From Epiperipatus broadwayi (Eukaryota; Animalia; Onychophora), in NCBI GenBank assembly GCA_028023455.1, contig JAQFVV010000002.1, positions 13,392,001 to 13,456,000 of the forward strand: a DNA stretch of 64,000 nt. The letters run 5' to 3'. The first letter of the stretch is position 1. Every line of letters begins with the position of its first letter. Both the position numbers and the translations under genes were made by a program. The notes under the pieces were generated by a model. The model was not told where the DNA came from, ran no database searches, and worked only from the letters and a program-made list of their open reading frames with translations. This document shows, one piece after another, positions 1-14,000 of the stretch.

Positions 1-1120
1 ACAAAATAAATTCTAAATTTTTTAAAATTATTTTCTGTTAAGTAGTTAGAAAATATTATTTTTATTATAATTATGTTTTTTAATTCAAATGTATTGTGTT
101 TTTTTTACATTATGACAAAAGTCCTAACACATTTAATTTTTGAACCAGGAAAACTTTGTAATAAGTGAATTTTCTATCATTGAAAAGCAAAATTCCCAAA
201 GAATAGTGATTATTAATTGGGATTGTAGTAGAATAAAATTGCCTAATTATTTTATGTATTGACATATATATTATCTTAAACATTTTTTTAATTTATAAAG
301 TGTGAGAAAATATTATATATTTATGTAAGCATTGAAATACAATGGGATTTTTCTATGTAATAATCTAGATAAAAATTTCAGCTATGATTTAACCAGATAA
401 ACCACCAATTAAAATTGGCAATACAAGCTAAAACTACCCCATCTACTACTAATAATAGTATCGTTCTGATATATATTAAGGCAAAACATATTAGTAAAAA
501 AATACAGAATTTAAAGTAAAAATACCTTTAGATTTAAGAAAGTAAAAATTTAAGCTATTTACAATGTTATTTATCTGCATCATTTTAGATACAAACATAT
601 TTTATAGTTTTTAAAAATATAAAGTGTGTGGAATATATGGCAGTCTATAAAAATAGGCAGTTTTATTGAGCTAAAATTCTGATTAAATATTATTTAGCAA
701 TAATGAGAGCAGGTTTTAATTAAACAGAAATAGGAAGAAAATTTTAGAAGTTTATTAATTTTTTTATTTTAAAAAAGATTATCATTTAATGACTAGAAAG
801 GTTTTTGTTGATGTTAAATTTGTTAGAATGATTTTTGTTAAAATTGATTCTTGTTTAACTAATTTCAAAAAATTAAGCATGTAGTATATACCATAATGCA
901 GTTTTTATTATCCATTTGTAGTTGTACTAAATTATAGAATTGTATAACAAATTTAAAATATAGTTTCTATCATCACCTTCACAAACAACTATACTTTTAA
1001 ACCATTTACACATTTTCATATAATTATTCAACTATGAAGATGCGAGTTTGTATTGACCTCAGTATATCAATGTACAATTGTAATAATTTGAAGTTTTGAA
1101 CTGATATTTCGAATAGTCTT

Positions 1121-1250
1121 ATTCTCCACTCTTTTTTGAGTGTTGCTGGGCTTAAAAATTCGATATTCAAAAGTCTGAAGGTGTAAGTTTGACTCCTGTG
1201 CTAATATTACCACTGGTCAGGCCAGCAACACCTGAAAAAGAATGGAGAAT
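1121..1250. repeat. Short fold-back element: 30-bp imperfect inverted repeats (1121-1150 / 1221-1250) around a 70-bp spacer
   Basis: attctccactcttttttgagtgttgctggg vs gccagcaacacctgaaaaagaatggagaat (reverse complement with a few mismatches). A related fragment occurs at 9020-9047. Confidence 0.6.
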
Positions 1251-2263
1251 GTGTGATATTTGTAAAGTTTATAAATTGAACAATTTCCCATCTTTGAATC
1301 ATATTTTATCAAACACTGCATACTGTTAATTCTTCATTCATATTTTAAATATCATAGCATAGATGCCATCAAATTATTATAACTATAAATCTTATCACTT
1401 TATAATTTTTTTCATGATAATTATTTTCTTTTCTTTTTATGTTGAATCTCCTTATAATGCATGGCAGTGAAGAGAGCATTGTTACAAATTAATATGATTG
1501 TTTTAATAATATTTCTCTAGTACTATTTTATCATGTAGATTGTTCCAATACTGGAAATATGTTCTTCCAGTTTTGTTTACTTTTTCCTTAATTGTTGATT
1601 TTATAACCTCTTTTGCTCTTAGTTTTTTTATTCTTGAGATTATACATTGAATGTTTACCATTCATTATTCTTTAAATGTTGCTCTGAAATAACATCTCTT
1701 GTATGGATCCCATTTTTCTACTGCTTGTGTATTTCTTAAACCTGTCTTTGCTTTCTCATTTTTTATTTAATATTATGAAAAGTATTATTGAATTTAATTT
1801 ATTATATATTGTTGAATTTCACTATTCTAATAATTTGACATTATCATTGTATTAAAGTTTTGTGATAAATATTCTTAGATTTTTAATTATATGTGCATTG
1901 ATTTATGATCTTGAAAACATTTTGGTTTTGTGTTGTCATTTTTATTTTTTGTCTACAATGTTTTTTTTTTGTTTTTGTTTTGTAATTGTTTTAATTAAAG
2001 ATTTAAAAAAAAAAAAAATAGAACTAATTAATTATTAATTAGTTTAACTCAGTGTTTGAAGCTTGGATATCCTCTAACTTCCCTAATATCTGACCATATA
2101 ATTATTAATAGAAAAATTACTATAAGAAATTTATTTCTTGCCATAAACTAATATTCAAATAGTGAAACAATAATTTTTTGTTTGTTTTTTAAAGTTTCTC
2201 TTATTATTTTTTAACAAAATTTCAAGTTGTGCAAAAATATTATTACTGTGACTTTTTTTTTAG

Positions 2264-2335
2264 GTAACAGATGAAGTTGATGAAATTGCTCAAAAAGAAT
2301 TTGAAAAGTTGGAAAAGAAATTAGGTGAAGAGTAA
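2264..2335 (+). CDS. Probable terminal coding exon of an unidentified gene (VTDEVDEIAQKEFEKLEKKLGEE*)
   Basis: Polypyrimidine acceptor (actttttttttag) then 23 acidic/helical codons and TAA at 2333-2335; AATAAA at 2453-2458. An alternative in-frame CAG acceptor lies at 2268-2270. Protein not recognised. Confidence 0.6.
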   Translation, partial: VTDEVDEIAQKEFEKLEKKLGEE

Positions 2336-2452
2336 TTTGTTTTTCAAAATGTATATTAGAACAAAGTAAATCTCCTACTCATTTTTTTTTTTTTTTTGTA
2401 ATTGTAAATACATACTTGTATATAATTTGTAAATCAAAGGAAGTTATTTAAA

Positions 2453-2458
2453 AATAAA
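2453..2458 (+). promoter_or_regulatory. Candidate polyadenylation signal for the exon at 2264-2335
   Basis: AATAAA about 120 nt after the stop codon. The motif is common in AT-rich DNA, so support is positional only. Confidence 0.35.
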
Positions 2459-2535
2459 TACATAAAAATGTCTAATTTTGTGTTATTTCATTTTATATAA
2501 TGTACATGTTAATATAATTGGTAAATGCATACATA

Positions 2536-2885
2536 TTTCATCATCATTGCATGTTGAAGATTTCTCCAAGTTTAATCCAATTTTTCCAATCTCTAATCTC
2601 TTCTTCACATCACACCAGCAAACTTCCTTATTTCATCCCTTCATCTCATATGTGGTCTCTTTCTAAGTTTTTTTTTTACAATCTCTTAGGATCTAATTAA
2701 GACTTCAATTGTTCATCTCTTATAATCTATTCTAGCAATATGTCCAGCCCAGTACCATTTCAGTCTTCTAATTGTTCTCTCACCCATAAATTTCATTTTG
2801 GCCCCTTCTTGTTATTCCTAATACATATTTCTTCATATTTTGTCGAGTGGTCTGAAGTCTCAGTGTAGAGACTTCTTTATAATCA
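2536..2885 (-). mobile_element. 5'-truncated RTE-clade LINE 3' end (same family as 49590-52347)
   Basis: Reverse complement aligns by eye with about 51980-52347 (gggctggacatattgctagaa...agaaagagaccacatatgagatga...aacttggagaaatcttca) and ends in an (ATG)n tail. Confidence 0.85.
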
Positions 2886-4923
2886 GAGAATAAAACAATT
2901 AAATAAAATCATAAACCATCATTAATTTACAGATGACTAATCTGATGAGGAGAATCTTTTCCACTTCAGTACAAGTTTACGGAACAGTCTTTGTCCCACA
3001 GTAAAATATTCCCAAACTAGTTATGGTTTATATTCACTTTTTAAATATAAATTATTATTTAAACAAATTCTTTTTAACAAAAAATGTATTGCAAAAAAAA
3101 AAAAAAAGTAATGTTATTCATGTTTTATAATATCTCTGTTTGTTACTATAAGGCATTAGGAGAAAGCCCTTAAGAAACAAAACAATGGTAAAAAATTCAA
3201 TAAAGATGAAATCTAGAAACAATTTCCAAGATTTCTTAATATAAATCTTTGTTTATTAAAATTATTACTTGGATATTGTTTTTACATTTTTGTCTATTGT
3301 TCTTATATAATTGTTGCTATTGGCCGATTGCTATAGTTTTCTGTGACAAGTTTGATTACCCAATTTATGAATAAAATGTTATGTTGCAAAAGTTTTTTTA
3401 ATTATGTTAACTTTTATTGCCAGATATTATGAAAATGTTAAATTTTTCATAATATTTCATTGAAAGAACAAAAATTATGCAAAATACTTGCCCTCCCCTC
3501 TCCCAAATAAAAGTTCTCAAACAAAGTAAAAAATAAGTCCTCTATCACAAGGCTTCAAGTAAAAACAGTAATAATATAATACTAATATTGAAAAACTTAT
3601 GGATGCAAAGTCAATAAAATATATACTATTAAGAAGGATAATTTAATTAAGAATAAAATAACTGGCAGTAGTTATCTAGCTAAAATGTAAATCTGCATAT
3701 AATAAATATATCAAAATAATTAGTTTTTATCAGGATCATAAAAGTTATAAACTACAGATTTCTCGCAAGTAAAAGGTTAAATTGCAACTGAATTTATAAT
3801 GTTATTTAAATTTACAAACTATCAGATAGCTGAATTTTAGTAAGATATCAATCAGTAAGAGTTGAATTTTTAAAATTAAATTCTTTGTTGGTCTTGCTGG
3901 TTTTAACCTATCAGAATGTCTCTTTGTGCATTAGATTAGTTGTAATTCTGAACATTTCTACATATTACAATTTTTTGAAAATTAGTTAAAATGATGACTT
4001 CTTCCAAATTCATTGTCTCCAAATTTTCTAATTGCCAAAGAAAAAAAAAGTTTAACCAGTCTTGTTGCAATAAAGATATGAATAATTTTGTTACAATTTT
4101 TGAAATACAATAAAAATAGAAAATTATCTATTTCAACCAAAAAAAAACAATCAATATAGTTTTTATATTTCATCTTTTAGTAAAAAAAAAAAAGCCATTA
4201 TTATAAAAAAATTGACACTCTTGAAATGGAAAGTAGTAATATTTATTTTAAAATATTGAAGAGACATTAAAAAAAAAAATTACTAAAGCAGTTCATACTG
4301 AAATCTCTATGATGGAAATTTGATTTCATTATGATAAAAGAAAAATGACAAAAAATAATACAATAAAAAAATTATTTCAGGAACATTAAAACAATCAAAT
4401 ATTGAGCAATATCACTAGTAATTCTTTTTTAGACTACTTCTCATCCAACTAATTTTTAAGATGTGATTCTATCCATGGTCTGCATCTGCTACAATTAATA
4501 AGATAAATAACATGCAGTACTTTTGTTATATTGAATGAATATGGCAGATTATGGAGATTGTTATTTTCTCATTAGTTTGTTTTCAGACACTAATGAATTC
4601 CAAGTTTGTGAAACTCTTTGACTTTGACTACTTAGAGGGACTGGAAGAAACCATCTACTTAGTTAATTTTTTCTTCTACAAGTTATAAATTTTTTTGGTT
4701 GTCATTTAGGTATTAGAAGACAGATATTTAGCTGAAAAGAATGGTCTATTTCTTCATTGGATTTAAATATACCATTGCTGATCTAATAATTTACACACCC
4801 TTGAGGATTAATATTAAAATACTTGCAGGTATTCTCAAAGATATCACCATTCTAGAACTAAAATACCCTAAGTATTCAATAGAATTTCTAAGTATAACAA
4901 TTTTTTGTTGTAAACTGAAACAG

Positions 4924-7480
4924 TAAGATTCGTATTCGAATCTTAAGTTTCACCTTTTTCTGTCGTCTCTCACTGACCGGTCTATCCCGCCCAAATTTAA
5001 ACTTTTTGATATCGAATTGTGTGTGTAACAATATTAAAAATGTATAAATATATGTAGAATTCAGCATAAACCCGCACACATTTCGATCTCAAATTAAACG
5101 CAATAAATAGGGATAAAATAATATAATTTATATTTCTTTTAGTTATATAATTTTGTATAATTTTAATCATTTATTTTGGATTATAAAGTTCGTATTTATT
5201 GCTTTGTTTAAATTTCGTTTAATAATAATTCTAAAAATATCTGATGTAATATTTAATTAAAAGTTAAAATAATCTTATGTTCCCTTTTTGTTTTTGAAAT
5301 TTAAAAGCATCGGTCAGTGATAGATAATAGATTAATTAAAGAAAAATTCCCCAAAGTATAATTAGTAAATGTAAACAATAGAACGGCAGCTTTCTTTAAT
5401 TAAAAACCAACAAAATGCGTTGATTATCCTCAGGGCAGATTAAGTAGAACCTAAAAATATCTTAACAAAAATGTGAAGGATCAAGATAAAAAAAGAGGCC
5501 ATCTTAGACTTGCTGGAGACATTAACTTAAACTTTAGCTTTGCTCTCGATCACTGAGAGTCTCCAAAATAATAAAAATAATTTGTTCCTGCCAAGGTATG
5601 ACCGAGTAAAGCACCTAGATTATTCTCCATCGGGAGATGGCCTATCGGATGCTGAACTTTTTCTTTCATCAGATTTCCTTAAATAAATGAGAAAAGCTGC
5701 TGCTGTTGTGAAATTAAATGAAATATCTCAATACAAGAAAGAATTGTCACTCGTGGAACTCTTTGCTGCTAAACTCATGGAATAAGAAAACTTCTTATAA
5801 AGAGGTACTCTCTTTTTTCAAACTATAGAATAATCTAATAATATGCTATAGCTCTTCTTCATAATACTTAGCTAAATTATAAAATGTAAAACTACCATAT
5901 GTATAACTAAAACTGAATAATTAATTTAATATGTAAATTTCTCTAATAATCTAGCTTACCTCACTCTGTCTTTCTTGGGTGCGTATTTCTATAATCTACA
6001 TTTCTATCTATAGTTATTATTTAATTATTGCATGCTCATAATTATTTCAATTTTCAAAGTTTAAATCTATGATCGCTTAAAACAATGAATGCGTGTCAAA
6101 TTTTTATTAATATTTACTTTCCTTAATAACTTCACTTTCATATAAATCGACACGCATTCAATGCTTCATTTATTGTAATGCAGGGGTCTACTACTTCGCA
6201 AATGGCTGACGTATTAGTTATAATAATTCCCAATTTAGATATGTTTTGTATATATTAAATCATCATGAATAATTCCATAGAATTACATTTCTTTGAGAGT
6301 CACCAACGTTCTTAGTAAATGTTGATAATGTCAGGCCGAATTGGAAGTCCATTTAAATCTTATCATAATCGTTTATAAGTATACATGTGTTACATTTTAG
6401 AGACGCGATGATCTATTCCGCCGTAAATATTCCGGATTCTTCAGGGTTGAAATTAACCCCCGTCATCCTACACAAGCGGACATAATAAATGCTCCTGTAG
6501 GACTTGACAATGTCATGCAACCAGCCGGCAAAACTGCGACACGGACCGCTTGTCCCTGGTTATGCTTATGTGACACCTTACTTCGTCGGGCCGATGGCAG
6601 AGACCAGCCTGACATTCTTATAAACTCATTCACGGCATTGCAGTTTCAATATACTGCCATTCCATATCGCCTTTCTAAAGCGTACCACGTGTTCTTTTAC
6701 TTAGTTTTATTATTCTAAACATATCACTCCGTCTCTGCATTATCTGCATAATTCACTCTCAAATAAATGTTTGCCCTTAGTTATAGATAAATATTTTAAT
6801 TAAAAAAATATATGTCTGCCATTACTTTTATAACCCATACTTTAGACTCTTGCATTGCAAAGGTATAAATCCCTCCAGGCATGCATTAGAAATACTCACT
6901 CGAGAATTTTAGGTAGCTAGATTACGCCTTCAAATAAATGTATTCCTTTTGTAAACATTTCAGTATCGGAAATACCGCTGCTGAAATCCTCAATATAAAA
7001 TAATGTCTAAATAAAAAAATGTATTCTTTAAAATATAATCATGTCGCAAATTCCGCTACTGAAGCTTTGAATCCCTAAATATTATTAATAAAGGTTTTAT
7101 TAAAAGGTATTAATAAATAATTTTAAACTATATGTCTGCAGTTACGTTTCATTTATTCGATATCCATTCTATATAATATTTCCTCGATTATGTAAATATG
7201 AATGTTTAATTAATATTAGTTTGATTATTGGCTAACTCGAGAATAAAATCATGAGTCTCTTGCATATCCCTGACCACCGTGCCTAAGGAAATATTTACTA
7301 ATGTCGCATCAGATGCGTTGTTTCGTGGATTGTATTGTGGAACCGATAAACTATGTTCGAACTCAGTACCACGGGTGGCTTCGCTACTCGATGGTGCTGC
7401 TGTTCTGTATGGTGGTCGAATTCTGCACTATGTTTACGAGTCACACGTTTTCTGACCGTTACAAAACTGACTATCTTTTA
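4924..7480. promoter_or_regulatory. CpG-retaining island (candidate unmethylated promoter/intergenic region, or foreign insertion)
   Basis: CG dinucleotides occur every few tens of bases here but are scarce in the flanks. Initiator-like TCAGTT on the minus strand at 7465-7470; hairpin taagattcg-tatt-cgaatctta at 4924-4945. Confidence 0.45.
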
Positions 7481-10400
7481 TTTGTAATTGTTCTGATAAA
7501 TTATTTCATACTCTACATCAAAGGGTGTGTTAATAGGCTGCTTCAATTGTTTCCATTCAGGTCATACACTAGTCCAATGAGCTTATAGGTAAATGACTAA
7601 ATATAGTTGATTCAATAAGCTAAAGTTTGTGCACTCACTCCTAAAAGAGGTGTGATATAATAAATAGTAGTCAAATATATAATATCACAAAGCATTCAAA
7701 ATAGACAGTATCACTATTGTCATAATTATTCAAAAGATTCTATGAGAAAAAATAGCCTTTGTAATCCATGGAACATGAATTTAAACAGAGACTATATAAA
7801 AATTTCTCACCAAAAGAAATCAAAGCTATCAACTTAGCAAAAAACCTTGAACGTATATTGTCTTCTGAGAATCATTTGAAGGTGAAATTTCTTCAATCAA
7901 ATTAAAAAGTAAAAAATGTAAATAACAAAACTTCGTCAATCCCAGAACCAAAGAGTAAGAATAAAAATCTCAAGTGTAATTATTCTTCATTTTGATTTAA
8001 AATTAATAAACTTAACTGGAGCCACACTAAATGTTAAGCATCTAAATTCCTGAGATAAAGTACATCTGAATTATACTAATAGAAGCAAAATTCAAACATC
8101 AATAAATTTGTCTCCTAACAAATGTCCATATTAAAAACATTAGCTAAAGCCATTTTCCTGATAATATTAATTTTGTAATCATTAATGCAAATCATTAAGC
8201 CTAAAACCGTATGATCTTAAACAAATTCAGGGTTTGGGTTGATAACTTTCCAATCTTCACAAATATGCATGCAAATAATTTAATATAACTTCTCAGAAAT
8301 ATCTTTTCATTTGCTATTGTTTTATTATCTCACTGATTCTTTTTTCTCCAGAATTTTGGAAATTTTCCTTACATTAACATTAAGTTTTTTATATCATAAT
8401 ATAAGGTTTAATGTTTACATCCCTGACTTAGCTGGTATTTAAATGGGGGGGGGGGATCTTTTATGTATATGATTCTCAGTCAGTGCCCTGTTGAAATTAT
8501 TGGTCATTGAACTGCAATCAGAGCTTCCAATAATTTTTACTTGATTTCTGCCTTAGGGTCAAACCATGTACAAAAGAATGCATTGGTCCATGGTTCCTTT
8601 TTATGTAAAACACAAAACTGCAAATAAACTTAATGAAGCAGTCTGAAAAGTAATTTCTCTCAAATGAAAATTATTTTACAAACAATTTGATGAGCTAATT
8701 GACCATGACTACCAAATTAGAAAAAACATTAATCTTGATGCAGGAAATTGAGAATTAAATTAGAATTTTTAGTTTAGATGTAATAGTGTAAAGGACAGAC
8801 ATTTCTGCTTCCCAATATATGACTATTATATTCCAGCATCTTATCTTATATATAGAAAATTAACAGAACAATACTATGTTATAATTGTATGTTGAATTAT
8901 TTTCATTATCTAATTGAATTGTTAAATGTCTTTAGAAAAACTCAAATTTTATTTATATTTTTCCAGTATATTTAAATGTTAGAACACACAAGTTAGTATA
9001 AACAACATTTCTTTTTCTTGTTCAGATGTTGCTGGCCTGCCAGTGGTGGTAACCTGACAAAATAGACTTCTAAAGACAATAATCAACAGAATTTGATATA
9101 CTTTTCTATAAGGATTTTTCGGATTTCTTTATTTTAGTTTCCAAACTCTCTGGGTTATCACATTAGGTTAACTCCTGTGGGTAATCATCATTGTCATGTG
9201 AGCAATTATTTTAATTTTTTTTTTTTACTTTTTCTCTCTACAAAATGTTCTTTTATTTTGTCAGTTCAGCATAGGCAATAAACACATTTGACTTTTTCTC
9301 TCATTTCATTAACATTATTTTTAAAAAGAAAAAAATAAAGAAACCAAGAAGCTCTCATAGATAAATATTTTTTTCTGATTCCTTGACTTTGTTTAGAATA
9401 GTGAAGTTAGTTAAAGTCTTACTTTAAATTCAGTATTCATGAATGTAATGACAACTGGTTCAATCCTTGTACTAAATAGTCAGGCCAGTAATATCTGAAG
9501 AAGAGATGAAATAAATTATCACTTAGAATATTGATTTCCATACTAATCTATATATTATTACTAATAATTTAAGGCATTTTGAAATGGGCAATCTATATCC
9601 TCCCAGCAAGGACTGTTAACTATTTCCATAGAAAACTACATAAAAATTCTTGTGGGATTCTTACTACCACTATACTATATTCTTCAGGGAAGCTATATTG
9701 CATGTGTTGTGCTAGTGTTGAATGAGATCACAAAATATGTTTAAAGTAATCATTTAACAGACTGGCCAGAGTTTTACTTTACAAGTGTATAAGCTAAAGG
9801 TTCCCTACATCTTCAACTTTCTTTTTTATTCACTTTCATGTTTCTGATATTGCCATATTAATTATGAAATTTTTGTGTGTTTTTGAGCAAACATTTTTTA
9901 CTTCTTGATTATTTTAAAATATATTTATCATTATAAGAAATATTACAAACTTGCTCATAAAACTATCTGCAACTTCTATCAGAATTTCTTAAATTGATAA
10001 AATCTTTAGGAGTCAAATTTCAATAAATAGATTCCTGCCATTCCAATGTGAAGATGTAGAGCCTTACCATCTTGATATTGAGAAGAATTTTCTTATACTT
10101 AGAGAGTACTGTTTTAAATAATAAATGTATAATATACACAGTATAAAGTTGGTAGAGTTATATTGCCAAAACTCAAATGATAATTAACAAAATTTTAAAA
10201 ATTGAAAAAAAATTATATATTAAAATTTAGTTTAGATAAGCATATCTAATAATTAAGATTGTAAAAATACAGATTTCATGTGTTCATTTATTTTATTATA
10301 TTCGTAATAAAATTCTAACAGAAGTATAAATAAAACAATACTATACAATTTATTTTGTTGTTACAACAAAAATAGTTATTTTTCTCTCTCTTCTATCAAA

Positions 10401-10969
10401 GATTAAATGATTGAAAGACAAGATACTGACCTTGAGACAATTATGTAACTACAAATATACAATTCTAATGCTGTTGGTACTTCTGAGCAGTTATTTTTGC
10501 TTTTAAAAAAATTGTAGCCTTGCTGAACCATAATTTAAAGTGATATTTGAAATCATTTGCAGTTAACAGTAAGTAATTAATTTAATCATTCTGCAAACTG
10601 AAAAAATAAATTAGAAAATATAGAAGTATAAAAATTTTTAATACTATGATATCTGAAATCAAGCATCACTAGCCTATCCATAATGTCAACTCCACCAAAG
10701 TTAGGTAAAGATAATGACTATGTCCACAGGAGAATCTTTTTTCACATTTAGAAATATGATAATTTTAACAGAAACCTGAGCTTGAATTATTATTTTTAAA
10801 AAAGAACTTGTTAGTTTAACAATTGTTCAGACAGAAATCAAAATAACTACGGTTTACTAAATATATTGTTAATATTAAAATATCTTAATGTGTGCTGATT
10901 CGTTTAAAAAAAGAGAAGGAACTCATTCAATTTACTACTAATTGTAGTTATCTTTGTATAAGTGTAGTA

Positions 10970-11091
10970 TCACATGATCACCATCTCTTATACTAGCACG
11001 TAATTGTTTATAAACAAGGCAAAACTCTGTACAGTAGTGCCACCCTGTGCCAACCAGAGTAATCAATGTGAGAGTTTTGCCTTGTTTATAA
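10970..11091. mobile_element. Family A minimal copy: tail + 21-bp perfect inverted repeats (11008-11028 / 11071-11091)
   Basis: ttataaacaaggcaaaactct / agagttttgccttgtttataa; the one-sided tail tcacatgatcaccatctcttatactagc is shared with copies at 18514 and 21875. Confidence 0.75.
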
Positions 11092-14000
11092 GTGGCAGTA
11101 TATTAAATTATTATATTGTCAATAATTTTTTCTATTCATTTGTAAATATTAACTTTGAATTTTTTTGCCTGTATGTTTGAATTATTTACATAAAAATCTC
11201 AGATAGTTCATTTAACTTCTTTTTTTTTTTTTTTTTAAATCATATTGGCAATTTATTATTATTATTTTTTGGCAAAATGTATGTTTTTGGGGGGATATTT
11301 TTTAAAAGAAATATTTTGTTGTGTTAAAGCTTTGTAAACAAATTTTCTATTTGAATCATTATAACCAGCTATTTGTTTCAAGGAAAATGAACATTTAATA
11401 ACAATGTATAATCAAATATTTATATATATTGTAACCATCTCTATATGAGTAATAAGAATATGTACATGAAAGTAATGTTGGAATAAAAATATTACTATCT
11501 TAAAATCAATTAGACTAGCGTGAATCGGTAAATCTAAGGAAGATAAAGTGTTCACGAAGACAATAACTTCCAGTATCGACATTGATTAAACTAACTTTAA
11601 AATCCATAAGCAAAATAGTATTAGATAAATTTAATTTGCAAAACCAATAAATAATTAATAATCCGGTCTATGAAATGAATATGGAATTCAAATTATAAAT
11701 TAGGTGATAAATGACTTAGGATGTAGATGACTAAATGGATGATGAAAACAAATAATAACTAAATAGTGAAAATAACAAGCTTAAGAGTGAAGAGAAAAGA
11801 AAGAAAATGTGTTAAGGTGATGAATGATTAAGATGATGATAGAATAGGAATCAGTTATGATAATGAGTTAAGATAAAATAAGGATGAAAAAAAAATTAAA
11901 GAAAGGAAGATCCAGATGAAATATGAGAACAATGTCGATGATGAAGAATGTGATCCTGAACGATAAAATTATATTGTGTTAAATGACAGTAAGATAAAAT
12001 TAAGACAAAGTATGAATTCTAAGCTTGATTAAACCAGAATATTTTAATCATGAAGTTAAAATAAACTCTCTAAGTTTTAAAAACTAGAGAAGAAATTTAC
12101 ATCTTAGAATTATACAAAATTAATTAAACAAAAATAAATATGAGAGATCAAGGCAAAGCATAATAAATGACTAAAGGTTACCATAAATTCAAAATTATGA
12201 TTGTTAATTAATAATTTACTTTTCTCAGGGTTCAAATAACTTAAATATTACTATTTTACAAGATATACTGGGTCAGTGAGAGGAATTTTGCCACTAGCCA
12301 AATATAACAAATAAAGATAGCTCATTAAACAAAATAGGATGAATAAAGAATATTTGACAATTCCAAATACTAACAATAATATGAACTTTAAGCCTCATGA
12401 TCTAGAAATAAATTCTTAATAAAGCAAACACAATAAGTTACAAACTATCTTTTATTAAATAACTGGGCAATATGATCAAGATCAGTGAATGATGTATCTA
12501 ATGATTCAGATAAATATGTTATTCCAAAAACTAAATGTTTCATCTTTAAAATAAGGCATGAGCTTAAGATTAACAGTGCTCTGATCAATGAGCCATAAAT
12601 TCTAAATGTACTTTAAATGTTAGAGCTTATCAAAATTCATTGTGATATGTTAATGTGTAATAAAATCTATAGTATTGATTGATGATGACTTTGTGACAAT
12701 AAAAATAATGTGTTGATAGCAATAGCAATAACATTATGGATGGTAATTAGCAATAAGGCCACAGACAACTAAATATATTTTCAAACAACAAGATTTATTT
12801 ACACTATTTAAAACTTTATACAATAATAGTAAATAACCAAAAACATATTTCAGAAACAAGATATAGTTATTGGGTTACAGGTATATTTCCTTTAGATTTA
12901 TTAATAATTTTGATATATTGATGTCTAGTAACTGTTATTCATAATATCCATCTATAGTATGCTTGACAACATTAAAGTATAACTGAACTTTACTAATAAG
13001 TAATATGATAATGAAAATTATCATATGAAGCACAAATGAAACAATTACTGTTTAGCATGAAGCAGTTAATTATATAAATATGGGAACAGATAAGTCAAAT
13101 ATATACAGGATACTAAACTTTGCCTATGTCCACAAAATAATTGTCTTAACTATTGAAATGTCTTAGCAATTCATCAGTGACCTACTGCTTGATGGAAATG
13201 AAATGACATTGCATATGTGTATCTCTTATGCTATACACAAGATATGTTTTAAAATTACTAATAAATTTTGGTTTGCTTGTAAACTTGACAAGGTACAACA
13301 GTACAATATATATGCTATTTTTATTTAGCTAAACACTATAGATAAACAAGTATCCCTGAAGTTAACTCTACCTCATCATTGCTATACATTTTTAAAAACA
13401 ACAAGAACTTCACTGTATATGGTGGAAAATAACGACATCATCATGAGGAATCAGACAAAGAAAGACTCCTCAGAACAACATTATATAATTGTATAATGAT
13501 ATGGCAGATTCCAATACCTTTTTTCTAGGTACAAAAATGTGTGGACATCTCAACACAGTGGAATGGAATGTGTACCATGAAAATAATCCTCTCTAGGGAT
13601 TAAACTATACTAGCTAAGCATAAAATAATTATAAACCTCAACAATATAATCCTCTTATGGAATAAGCAATGGGAGAGTATACTCCATCTATTAATGCATA
13701 ATATCAATGATACAATATTTAATAAAATTATGTTGCTCACCCGTATCAAATGGAAACTAGCACAAATACTCATCAAAACAATAAGATAAATAATTCTCAC
13801 ATTAAAAGCTAAAAAGATAAATATCCCACCTTAAACAATGCATATATTAAATAGTGTATGAAACCAACAAAGATACTCTAAGTCAAACAACTATAAAATA
13901 TTTTAAAAACAATACAATTTGCAATAATAAGAAACACACAGTCAGTGAAAAATAGTATAAATTATATAAACTAAAATATACATAGTAATTATAGGCAAAT

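Noticed and set aside
9026-9050. Exon-like segment ttcag|ATGTTGCTGGCCTGCCAGTGGTG|gtaacc
   Set aside because: Matches the reverse complement of the repeat at about 1211-1240, so better explained as a repeat fragment.
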